A DNA stretch of 24,000 bases from Salinivirga cyanobacteriivorans. Its GTDB lineage: Bacteria > Bacteroidota > Bacteroidia > Bacteroidales > Salinivirgaceae. Location: NCBI RefSeq assembly GCF_001443605.1, contig NZ_CP013118.1, positions 418,225 through 442,224 on the forward strand. Reading direction: 5' to 3'. Below, one piece after another: positions 17,352 through 24,000 of the stretch (positions are counted from its first letter, which is position 1; the number at the start of each line of letters is the position of its first letter). The position numbers and the translations under genes are program-made. The notes beneath the pieces are model-generated. The model saw only the letters and a list, made by a program, of their open reading frames with translations, was not told the origin of the DNA and did no database searches.

Positions 17352-18113
17352 ATGGATGTAAAAGATATTATCAAGGAAGAAAACCTTGTCTACAAAAAAT
17401 CTGAAGTTCTGACCGACAATGTAATGCACTATTGTCCGGGATGTACACATGGTGTTGTACATAAAGTTATAGCTGAAGTGATAGAAGAAAAAGACATTCA
17501 GGACAAAACCATTGGCGTATCGCCAGTAGGCTGTTCAGTATTGGCTTATAACTATATTGACATTGACTGGCACGAGGCTGCGCATGGTAGAGCCCCTGCA
17601 GTTGCAACAGCAGTATCGCGCCTAATGCCAGACAAGTATGTATTCACATATCAGGGCGATGGTGACCTGGCATCTATTGGATCAGCTGAGATTTTGCACG
17701 CCTGCAACCGTGGCGAAAATATTGTTGTGGTATTCATCAACAATGGTATTTACGGAATGACAGGTGGTCAAATGGCACCCACAACGCTTCCCGGCATGGC
17801 AACATCTACAAGCCCTTTCGGCCGTGATGTTAAACTTGCAGGAAATCCGTTAAAAATGACAGAAATTGTGGCCGGATTACCCGGAACATGCTTTGTAACC
17901 CGCCAGTCGGCTGAAACTGCCGGTGCTGTACGGAAACTCAAAAAAGCAATTCGTAAAGGTTTCGACAATGCCGGTGAGCACAAAGGTACTTCATTCATCG
18001 AAGTAGTTTCAACATGTGCGTCAGGCTGGAAAATGGCTCCTGATGCGGCAAATGAATGGATGAAAGACAACATGTTCCCTTATTACGAAAAAGGAACACT
18101 TAAAGACGAATAG
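17352..18113 (+). CDS. 2-oxoacid:ferredoxin oxidoreductase beta subunit (TPP-binding)
   Basis: 253 aa. The Cys motif is 'YCPGCTHG'. The TPP/Mg motif is 'YQGDGDLASIG ... VVVFINNGIYGMTGGQ'. Confidence 0.9.
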   Translation: MDVKDIIKEENLVYKKSEVLTDNVMHYCPGCTHGVVHKVIAEVIEEKDIQDKTIGVSPVGCSVLAYNYIDIDWHEAAHGRAPAVATAVSRLMPDKYVFTYQGDGDLASIGSAEILHACNRGENIVVVFINNGIYGMTGGQMAPTTLPGMATSTSPFGRDVKLAGNPLKMTEIVAGLPGTCFVTRQSAETAGAVRKLKKAIRKGFDNAGEHKGTSFIEVVSTCASGWKMAPDAANEWMKDNMFPYYEKGTLKDE

Positions 18114-18139
18114 TGTCTAATCACCAAAATTAAAAGAAA

Positions 18140-18691
18140 ATGAAAGAAGAAATCATTATAGCTGGATTTGGCGGTCAGGGCGTACTATCTATGGGTAAAA
18201 TTCTTGCTTATTCAGGAATTATGCAAGATCAGGAAGTAAGCTGGATGCCATCTTATGGCCCTGAAATGCGTGGCGGAACAGCGAATGTTACTGTTATCCT
18301 GAGCGATAACAAAATTAGTTCACCCATACTGAATACATTTGACACGGCCATTATCCTGAACCAGCAATCGCTCGACAAATTCGAAGATGCAGTTAAGCCC
18401 GGTGGATTGTTACTTTACGATCCAAATGGTATAGTGAACCCACCAAAGCGAAAAGATATCAATATCTTTAAAATCGAGGGTGCAGAGGAAGCTGCTAAAA
18501 TGGGTAACCCCAAAACATTTAACATGATTGTTCTGGGAGCTTTCTTAAAGGTAAAACCCATTGTGAAAACTGAAAATGTTAAGAAAGGATTGGAAAAATC
18601 ACTTCCTGAACGCTATCACAAACTTATTCCGCTCAATATTGAAGCAATTGAAAAAGGACAGGAAGTTGTACAGGAAATCCAAAAAGTATAA
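18140..18691 (+). CDS. 2-oxoacid:ferredoxin oxidoreductase gamma subunit
   Basis: 183 aa. 'IIIAGFGGQGVLSMGKILA ... SYGPEMRGGTANVTVILSD' is typical of the gamma/CoA-binding subunit. Confidence 0.9.
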   Translation: MKEEIIIAGFGGQGVLSMGKILAYSGIMQDQEVSWMPSYGPEMRGGTANVTVILSDNKISSPILNTFDTAIILNQQSLDKFEDAVKPGGLLLYDPNGIVNPPKRKDINIFKIEGAEEAAKMGNPKTFNMIVLGAFLKVKPIVKTENVKKGLEKSLPERYHKLIPLNIEAIEKGQEVVQEIQKV

Positions 18692-18709
18692 AAACTCAAC
18701 CATTTATGT

Positions 18710-18746
18710 AAAAGCGGATTTGATTTAAAATCCGCTTTTCATTTTT
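18710..18746 (+). terminator. rho-independent terminator after the oxidoreductase operon
   Basis: Perfect 12-bp stem AAAAGCGGATTT (18710-18721) / AAATCCGCTTTT (18728-18739), with a 6-nt loop and a downstream T-rich tail (cATTTTT). Confidence 0.7.
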
Positions 18747-18753
18747 AATTAAA

Positions 18754-19134
18754 ATGTTCATTAAAATAATTATTATAGGATTTGGAGGTTTTCTTGGTAC
18801 CATTAGCCGCTTCTTGTTGCAAAAAGTTATACAAGAACAGGCAACCTCCTCTTTTCCATGGGGAACACTTGCAGTAAACATTCTGGGAAGTTTTATTATC
18901 GGGGTGGTATTTGCACTCTCGGTGCGAAACAATTACTTATCACCCGTTTGGCGTAATTTTTTAGCTATAGGTTTTTGTGGCGGATTTACTACATTCTCCT
19001 CTTTTTCACTTGATAACTATCAACTTTTGGCGCATAACCAGATTTTATTTACAATTTTATATACTGCAATTTCTGTGATTTCTGGTTTATTATTCTTATA
19101 TTCAGGCATATTAGCAGTAAGGTTTTTTTCGTAA
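18754..19134 (+). CDS. crcB: fluoride ion channel CrcB/FluC
   Basis: 126 aa with four TM segments. Motifs: 'GFGGFLGTISRF', 'PWGTLAVNILGSFIIG', 'GFCGGFTTFSSF'. Confidence 0.9.
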   Translation: MFIKIIIIGFGGFLGTISRFLLQKVIQEQATSSFPWGTLAVNILGSFIIGVVFALSVRNNYLSPVWRNFLAIGFCGGFTTFSSFSLDNYQLLAHNQILFTILYTAISVISGLLFLYSGILAVRFFS

Positions 19135-19196
19135 TTGCCAGATGAGCTAGTACACTTATAAGCTTGCTTGTGCTGGCAGAACCAAATTTAGCTAAG

Positions 19197-19532
19197 ATGC
19201 AGTATAAATCTAAAAATAAATTACGGATAATTACTGGTGAAAATGCCATGTACAGGCATACACCACTGCATGAAGCAATTATTTATGCAGCAAAGAAGTC
19301 AGGTATGGCAGGCGCCACTGTATACAGAGGCATAATGTCGTATGGTGAAAAAAGTCAAATAAGAAGTTTTAGGTTTTTTGCCCTTTCTCAGGATCTGCCG
19401 GTTGTCACAGAAATTATTGATTCAGAGAAAAAAATCATCGAATTTCTGGAAATTTTGAAAAAAATGATGGAAAAATGCAACGAAAAGGGGCTAATTACAG
19501 TAGAAAGTACTAGTGTTATTCAATTTGAATAA
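19197..19532 (+). CDS. DUF190 domain protein (crcB-associated, PII-like fold family)
   Basis: The start is taken at ATG 19197 (MQYKSKNKLRIITGENAMYRHTPLHEAIIYAAKKSGMAGATVYRGIMSYGE..., 111 aa). 'GATV.RG..G.G' and 'LSQDLPVVTEIIDSEKKI' match my recollection of DUF190 proteins, which commonly sit beside crcB. Confidence 0.75.
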   Translation: MQYKSKNKLRIITGENAMYRHTPLHEAIIYAAKKSGMAGATVYRGIMSYGEKSQIRSFRFFALSQDLPVVTEIIDSEKKIIEFLEILKKMMEKCNEKGLITVESTSVIQFE

Positions 19533-19575
19533 TATATTTTAACGATTTATAATGTTAATAAATTGTTTTTTTAAT

Positions 19576-19583
19576 TATATTTG
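19576..19583 (+). promoter_or_regulatory. candidate -7 box (TATATTTG) for the yfiR-like gene
   Basis: Exact TAnnTTTG match 27 nt upstream of the ATG at 19611. No convincing -33 element. Confidence 0.35.
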
Positions 19584-19610
19584 CATTTACTAACCACAAA
19601 TATCCGCACA

Positions 19611-20117
19611 ATGAAGAAACTTGCAGTTGTCCTCATTACATTAATTCTGGCGTCTTCTATAAGCACAGCCCAAAATACTGCTAAACTTCAATCCATTTTT
19701 ATCTACAACTTCATTAAATTGATTGAATGGCCCGCTTCCTATAAATCAGGAACATTTAATATTACTGTACTCGGTAACGACCAAATATATACCGAGTTAA
19801 TGAACCTTGCCAAGGTTAAAAAAGCTGGTTCACAGACCATAAAAGTCAAAAAAATAAACAACCTCGGAGAACTTGCAAACCCACACATTTTGTATATTCC
19901 TAAAACCAAAGGGTCAAAAGTCAGTGATGCCAAAACCAGCATAGGATCAAAAGCCACATTATTGATATCAGACACGAATAATGGAACTGGCAAAGGTTCC
20001 GACATCAACTTCGTTGTGGTGGGAAATAAACCAAAATTTGAAATCAAAACATCATCTGCCCAGTCAAAAGGCCTTAAAATTAGTTCAAATCTTGTAAATC
20101 TGGGCATAAAGAAATAA
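19611..20117 (+). CDS. YfiR family (DUF4154) periplasmic protein
   Basis: The start is taken at ATG 19611 (MKKLAVVLITLILASSISTAQ signal peptide, 168 aa). Family signatures: 'IFIYNFIKLIEWP', 'ITVLGND', 'HILYIP', 'TLLISD', 'KPKFEIKTSSAQSKGLKISSNLVNLG'. Confidence 0.85.
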   Translation: MKKLAVVLITLILASSISTAQNTAKLQSIFIYNFIKLIEWPASYKSGTFNITVLGNDQIYTELMNLAKVKKAGSQTIKVKKINNLGELANPHILYIPKTKGSKVSDAKTSIGSKATLLISDTNNGTGKGSDINFVVVGNKPKFEIKTSSAQSKGLKISSNLVNLGIKK

Positions 20118-20222
20118 ACCGACATGTTACCAATACCAGACTTATAGACTGGTAATTGAAAACGTTGCTTTCTCAGAATAAGATTTCGATTGTAGTGCTG
20201 CACATTAATACACAAGTTTTTA

Positions 20223-20675
20223 ATGGGTAAAATTTATAGCCTCATAAAACAGCTAACTATGATTATGGTCTTGGGTATAACAAGTTTTAATGCCTTTGCC
20301 CAATATGATAATGATGTGTATAATTTAACCCTTGAAGAGTTATTAAGCATAAACGTTATTTCTGACTCAGCACAGGATATTGAGCCTTCTTATGAAATTT
20401 CTATTGAAGATTTAATGAATCTTGAGCTTGTCAGAGAACTAAGAGTTGAGCATTACCTTGATGTATCGTACGATATACCTATTGAAGATTTAATGCAGGT
20501 GAAAATAGATATAAAAAGAAAAGCAGGCATTGAGCCTACCTATGAAATGTCGCTTGAAGGTCTTACAACGCTTGAAATTAAAGAAAACGTAACTGTTTTG
20601 GAAAAAATCGGACTCACCTATGACCTTTCACTTGATGGTGTAATGAAGTTATCGCTCAAAAACGCCCCGGATTAG
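20223..20675 (+). CDS. secreted repeat protein (five Y-x-[LIM]-x-[LI]-[ED]-x-[LV] units), hypothetical
   Basis: 150 aa. The signal peptide ends 'SFNAFA|QY'. Five related units start at Y33, Y57, Y83, Y107 and Y133. I recognise no family. Coding status is supported by the in-frame periodicity and by same-strand placement 105 nt after the yfiR-like gene. Confidence 0.6.
   Translation: MGKIYSLIKQLTMIMVLGITSFNAFAQYDNDVYNLTLEELLSINVISDSAQDIEPSYEISIEDLMNLELVRELRVEHYLDVSYDIPIEDLMQVKIDIKRKAGIEPTYEMSLEGLTTLEIKENVTVLEKIGLTYDLSLDGVMKLSLKNAPD
20319..20663 (+). repeat. in-frame 72/78-nt (24/26-codon) tandem repeats inside the small secreted protein gene
   Basis: The units are YNLTLEELLSINVIS / YEISIEDLMNLELVR / YDIPIEDLMQVKIDI / YEMSLEGLTTLEIKE / YDLSLDGVMKLSLKN. 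At DNA level, 'ctattgaagatttaatg' is identical at 20401-20417 and 20479-20495. 'attgagcct.c.tatgaaat' recurs at 20379 and 20529, exactly 150 nt apart. Confidence 0.7.
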
Positions 20676-20685
20676 AGCTTTTAAT

Positions 20686-23600
20686 CTAAAACAATTTCAA
20701 TTGATTGCCATCTGCCTTTTGTTTTGTTGAAGATTTCTCCTTAAACTGCTCAGTAAGTGCTTTATTAATACGCCTTAAAAAAGGAGAAACTTTAAGTTTC
20801 TGTTGCTGATTAAATAAGAAACGTTGATTGGCATGCGACAACCATAAATTACCTTTTGCCCTTGTCATAGCTACATACAGCAAACGTTCCTCCTCTTCTG
20901 AGTCTACCTGCTCCCTAAACATGTGAAAAGGCATAATGCCATCTTCCAAACCCGGAATAAAGACAGTATCAAATTCCAGTCCTTTTGCTGCATGCATAGT
21001 AAGTAATTGTACAGCCTCAAGTTTATTGTCTATTGCATCTGCACCCCAACCAGTTTTTAATCGGGTGAGAAATGTTTTACAATCTAACCCATCAGCCATT
21101 GAGCAAATCATTTGATATTGCGTCTGGTCAAATTCATAGTCTGCCCTGAGTCTATTTGTAATAAATTTCAGCGTTTCTGCTGCAGGTTCGTTTTCAGGTA
21201 TTTCTTGCACCAGCGAAAAGGTTTCGGCTTTTAATTCCTTTTGCAAATGCGGCAACTGGTAGTACCTGAAGTTCAGTAAATTAACCACAATAGACCATGG
21301 TGTTTTGTTCCAGAAAGGCTCCTCTCCTGCTTCCTGGAAAGGAATATGATGATCCTTCAAAGCTTTTTTCAGTGCATCTGACTGGCGGCGCGTGCGCATT
21401 AATATAGCAATATCTGATAAACTGACTTCAGCGTCATCATTGCTTGCTACCACCTGGCTATCTTTTGAAAAGAAACCCATACCACCTGTTAAAACTTCAA
21501 TCTTACGGGCAATTCCTTCAGCCTCGGCAGCACCGGAAGCATAGGCCGATATTTTAATTTTCACTCCTTCATTTATACCTTTCAGCGCGCTGGTTTCTGA
21601 AGATAGCACATTGGCCGAAGATGCCAAAATACGCTGACTACATCTGTATGATTGCTGTAAGCGGTAAATAGTTGCCTGTGGAAAGTCTGCTACAAACCTG
21701 CGCATATATTTTACAGAAGCACCCCGAAATCCATAAATGGCCTGGTTGGGATCTCCGACCACATATAAATTAGAATTTTCTCCATCGATAAGTTGATTGA
21801 GTAATTCGTACTGAACCGGATTAGTATCCTGGTATTCATCTACTAAAATATGGCTGAACCTTTGCTGCCATTGTTTGCTTATTTCCCTGTTTTCTTTCAA
21901 TAACTTTACGGGACGATAAAGTAAGTCATCCAGGTCGAACAAATTATTGCTGATCAGATAATCTTCATATTGGTCCAGCAGTTGAATGTCTGCATCTGAT
22001 AGCGCTGACACAATATTTTGTTTATACAGACTAATTTGTACAGCACTTTGCTTTACCTCCCTTAGTTTTTTCCCGGTTATTTGTTGCAAAATTGACACTG
22101 TTTCATCGGGGTCGATGAGCATGAAACCAGGTTTACGCTGCAAATCCTCTGCATGTTCATTACAAATAATAAATCCTAGTCCATGAAAGGTATTGGTTGT
22201 CATTTGCAGAGCTTCCTCATCGGTTTGCAACATATCAGCCAGCCGTGCTTTTATCTCCCCTGCGGCCTTATTTGTAAATGTAATGGTAGCAATTTCCTTT
22301 TGCGGAACAAGCCTATTGTGTATAAGAGAATAGACATGGGCGGTTAAGGTTTTGGTTTTTCCAGTACCGGGACCAGCGAGCACCATTGCAGGGCCGGACT
22401 CATGCAGAGCTGCTTTTTCCTGCGAACTGTTCAGGGCTGAGAGCGGGCCTGTGGCATGCTGTTTTTCATATACAGGACTTTCCGGCTCTTGCACCACAGA
22501 TTGCCGTGTGAGATGAACAGAATGATGTAACCGCTGAAGTGCCTCAAGGTCGAAATTCAACAATGGCCTTTCTTCAGGTAAATCAATATTTTGGGCATCT
22601 TCGTTAAATAACGAATCACCGGATTGCATTTCTCTTATTTCGCCCGGTTTAAAAACGGTAATTTTTCCATATTCACCATCATACCCTTCCTGAATATAGA
22701 CTTTTCGGGCCCGCATACGCTCAATTGCCTCAGCCAGCAAAGGAAAGCCCTGCTGGCTGATATCATCAACCGGCTTTTCGAGCAAGATGTGCATCTCATT
22801 GCCGAGCGTTTTCAAAACCTCCTCGTAATATTGTCCTACTTTTTTTGAGTTTGGCCCTACGCCCTCGATTCCGGCAAGCATTTCCCGTAAAGGAATAATT
22901 GAATAAAATGGTTTTCGATTTTTACGTTCCCTGAGTTCTTTCCTGTCTGATAAATCGGCTACACGGTTCATCACACCTTCGGTCAATTTTTTACCGCAAA
23001 CCGGGCAAATTCCGCCGGCCTCAATAACCTCAACCGGATTCAGGCAAACATTACATTTCCTGTGTCCGGCATAATGATATTTGCCTTCCTGTGGAAACAT
23101 GTCAATGGTTCCTTTAAAGCCGGCATTACCCCCATTTTTCATAGCTTCCGTAATATCATCATAGCTCAGTCCGGTATCGAACCAATTGGCATTTCGTCCA
23201 AGCTTATCGGGTGAATGTGCATCGGAATTTGACAACAATGTAAACTGATCAAGTTCAGAAATCATCCAGTTCATTGCCGGATCTGTGGACAATCCTGTTT
23301 CGACGGCATGAATATACTTTGTCAGATCATCATAACACTCATGAATACTGTCGAAACCCGATTTAGCACCAAGTGCCGAAAACCATGGTGTCCAAATATG
23401 TGCAGGAATGAAAAAAATATGCTCATTTGCCTCAAGCGCTATCTCCAGTAAATCACGGGAATCGAGTCCAAGAATCGGGCGGCCGTCGCTTTTAAGGTTT
23501 CCGCCAATACTTTCCAGCTTATTATTAATTTCGTGAACAGTTCGGAAATCAGGAGCACAAATCACGTTATGCACTTTCCGTGTTTTATCGTACTTTTTAT

Positions 23601-23877
23601 AAATATTACTAATCTCTGAGGTTAGCATAAACCGAACCACTCCTTCCGGGGCATCTTCTTTCAAACGAAATTCCTCTTTTAGCTTAAACAAACCCTGTTC
23701 GGCAGGTTGTAATTTTTGCTGCAATTCATCGAGCCAACCGGGATGGGTAAAATCACCGGTTCCGATTAAATTGATACCTTTCTTCCTACCGAAGAACTCA
23801 AGGTATTCAGGTGTCAATTGTTTACTTGTTGCGCGTGAATAATGCGAATGAATATGAAAATCGGCCAAAAGCTTCAT
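20686..23877 (-). CDS. endonuclease-Q-like PHP/Zn-ribbon nuclease fused to UvrD/PcrA-type SF1 DNA helicase
   Basis: The start is taken at ATG 23877 (MKLLADFHIHSHYSRA..., 1063 aa). The N-terminal ~410 aa carry the PHP metal motifs 'DFHIHSHYS', 'GTGDFTHP', 'IPAHIWTPW' and 'LSNSDAHSP'. They also carry the zinc ribbon 'CNVC...CPVC' (nt 22996-23055) and 'EGYDGEYGKI'. The C-terminal ~570 aa carry helicase motifs 'AGPGTGKT' (GPGTGKT = nt 22354-22374), 'TFTNKAAGE', 'ILVDEYQDTN' and 'VVGDPNQAIYGFRGA'. Further helicase motifs are 'LQQSYRCSQ', 'LLTMHAAKGLEFDTVFI' and 'LLYVAMTRAKGNL'. The reading frame is uninterrupted across the junction. Confidence 0.9.
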   Translation of the reverse strand: MKLLADFHIHSHYSRATSKQLTPEYLEFFGRKKGINLIGTGDFTHPGWLDELQQKLQPAEQGLFKLKEEFRLKEDAPEGVVRFMLTSEISNIYKKYDKTRKVHNVICAPDFRTVHEINNKLESIGGNLKSDGRPILGLDSRDLLEIALEANEHIFFIPAHIWTPWFSALGAKSGFDSIHECYDDLTKYIHAVETGLSTDPAMNWMISELDQFTLLSNSDAHSPDKLGRNANWFDTGLSYDDITEAMKNGGNAGFKGTIDMFPQEGKYHYAGHRKCNVCLNPVEVIEAGGICPVCGKKLTEGVMNRVADLSDRKELRERKNRKPFYSIIPLREMLAGIEGVGPNSKKVGQYYEEVLKTLGNEMHILLEKPVDDISQQGFPLLAEAIERMRARKVYIQEGYDGEYGKITVFKPGEIREMQSGDSLFNEDAQNIDLPEERPLLNFDLEALQRLHHSVHLTRQSVVQEPESPVYEKQHATGPLSALNSSQEKAALHESGPAMVLAGPGTGKTKTLTAHVYSLIHNRLVPQKEIATITFTNKAAGEIKARLADMLQTDEEALQMTTNTFHGLGFIICNEHAEDLQRKPGFMLIDPDETVSILQQITGKKLREVKQSAVQISLYKQNIVSALSDADIQLLDQYEDYLISNNLFDLDDLLYRPVKLLKENREISKQWQQRFSHILVDEYQDTNPVQYELLNQLIDGENSNLYVVGDPNQAIYGFRGASVKYMRRFVADFPQATIYRLQQSYRCSQRILASSANVLSSETSALKGINEGVKIKISAYASGAAEAEGIARKIEVLTGGMGFFSKDSQVVASNDDAEVSLSDIAILMRTRRQSDALKKALKDHHIPFQEAGEEPFWNKTPWSIVVNLLNFRYYQLPHLQKELKAETFSLVQEIPENEPAAETLKFITNRLRADYEFDQTQYQMICSMADGLDCKTFLTRLKTGWGADAIDNKLEAVQLLTMHAAKGLEFDTVFIPGLEDGIMPFHMFREQVDSEEEERLLYVAMTRAKGNLWLSHANQRFLFNQQQKLKVSPFLRRINKALTEQFKEKSSTKQKADGNQLKLF

Positions 23878-24000
23878 AAACGTATTTTTTACGAATTTAG
23901 GGTAAGCCAGCCAGAATATGAGCAAATAGATTTAGAAGTTATTTACATTTTTTCAACTGACTTTAATGCTCAATGCGTCAAAAACTTATCAAAGCCGTAA

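Noticed and set aside
18692-18753. Possible fluoride riboswitch upstream of crcB.
   Set aside because: Only 62 nt are available, and most of it is a simple 12-bp terminator hairpin. I could not see the conserved riboswitch core. It is kept as a question under findings, but not called as a feature.
20127-20155. Hairpin TACCAG/CTGGTA (20134-20154) after the yfiR-like gene, considered as a terminator.
   Set aside because: It has a 6-bp stem and a 9-nt loop with no following T-run, so it is not convincing. The downstream repeat gene may well be co-transcribed.
19739-20215. 158-aa antisense ORF opposite the YfiR-like gene.
   Set aside because: The plus-strand frame has a signal peptide and clear DUF4154 signatures. 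The antisense translation has no recognisable features.
20319-20663. Periodic DNA repeats, considered as a CRISPR array or non-coding tandem repeat.
   Set aside because: The units are 72 and 78 nt, diverged, and in frame with a signal-peptide-bearing ORF. There is no repeat-spacer structure, so they are protein repeats.
1-24000. Searched for tRNA or rRNA genes, transposases, integrases, phage genes, restriction-modification or other recognisable defence-island content.
   Set aside because: None was found. Intergenic regions are too short or lack the conserved tRNA-like elements. Every long ORF has a metabolic, transport or repair assignment, or is a small hypothetical protein.

Overview
This 24-kb chromosomal segment most likely comes from an anaerobic member of the Bacteroidota. 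The inference rests on four things seen by eye: roughly 40% GC, no Shine-Dalgarno motifs ahead of start codons, several exact TAnnTTTG '-7' promoter boxes, and content rich in lipoproteins and TonB components. I call 23 protein-coding genes, packed tightly on both strands. In order they are: a 5'-truncated LuxE-like acyl-adenylate enzyme; a secreted M3 oligoendopeptidase F divergent from an M19 dipeptidase lipoprotein; a MATE exporter; an exbB-exbD-tonB operon plus a small glycine-zipper membrane protein; a 4-hydroxybutyrate/acetyl-CoA-transferase family enzyme; folC; a PIN-PhoH (PhoH2) ATPase; a tightly coupled HD-hydrolase / coiled-coil lipoprotein / class I-II aminotransferase trio; a four-subunit 2-oxoacid:ferredoxin oxidoreductase (delta-alpha-beta-gamma); crcB plus a DUF190 protein; an orphan YfiR/DUF4154 periplasmic protein; a small secreted protein made of five 24/26-aa repeats; and a 1063-aa fusion of an endonuclease-Q-like PHP/zinc-ribbon nuclease to a complete UvrD/PcrA-type SF1 helicase. 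I found no rRNA, tRNA, CRISPR array, transposase, integrase or obvious horizontally acquired island, and most of the window is ordinary core metabolism. The features most worth follow-up are the EndoQ-UvrD single-chain nuclease-helicase and the YfiR-adjacent repeat protein. All functional calls come from motif recognition in the supplied translations. No database search was run.
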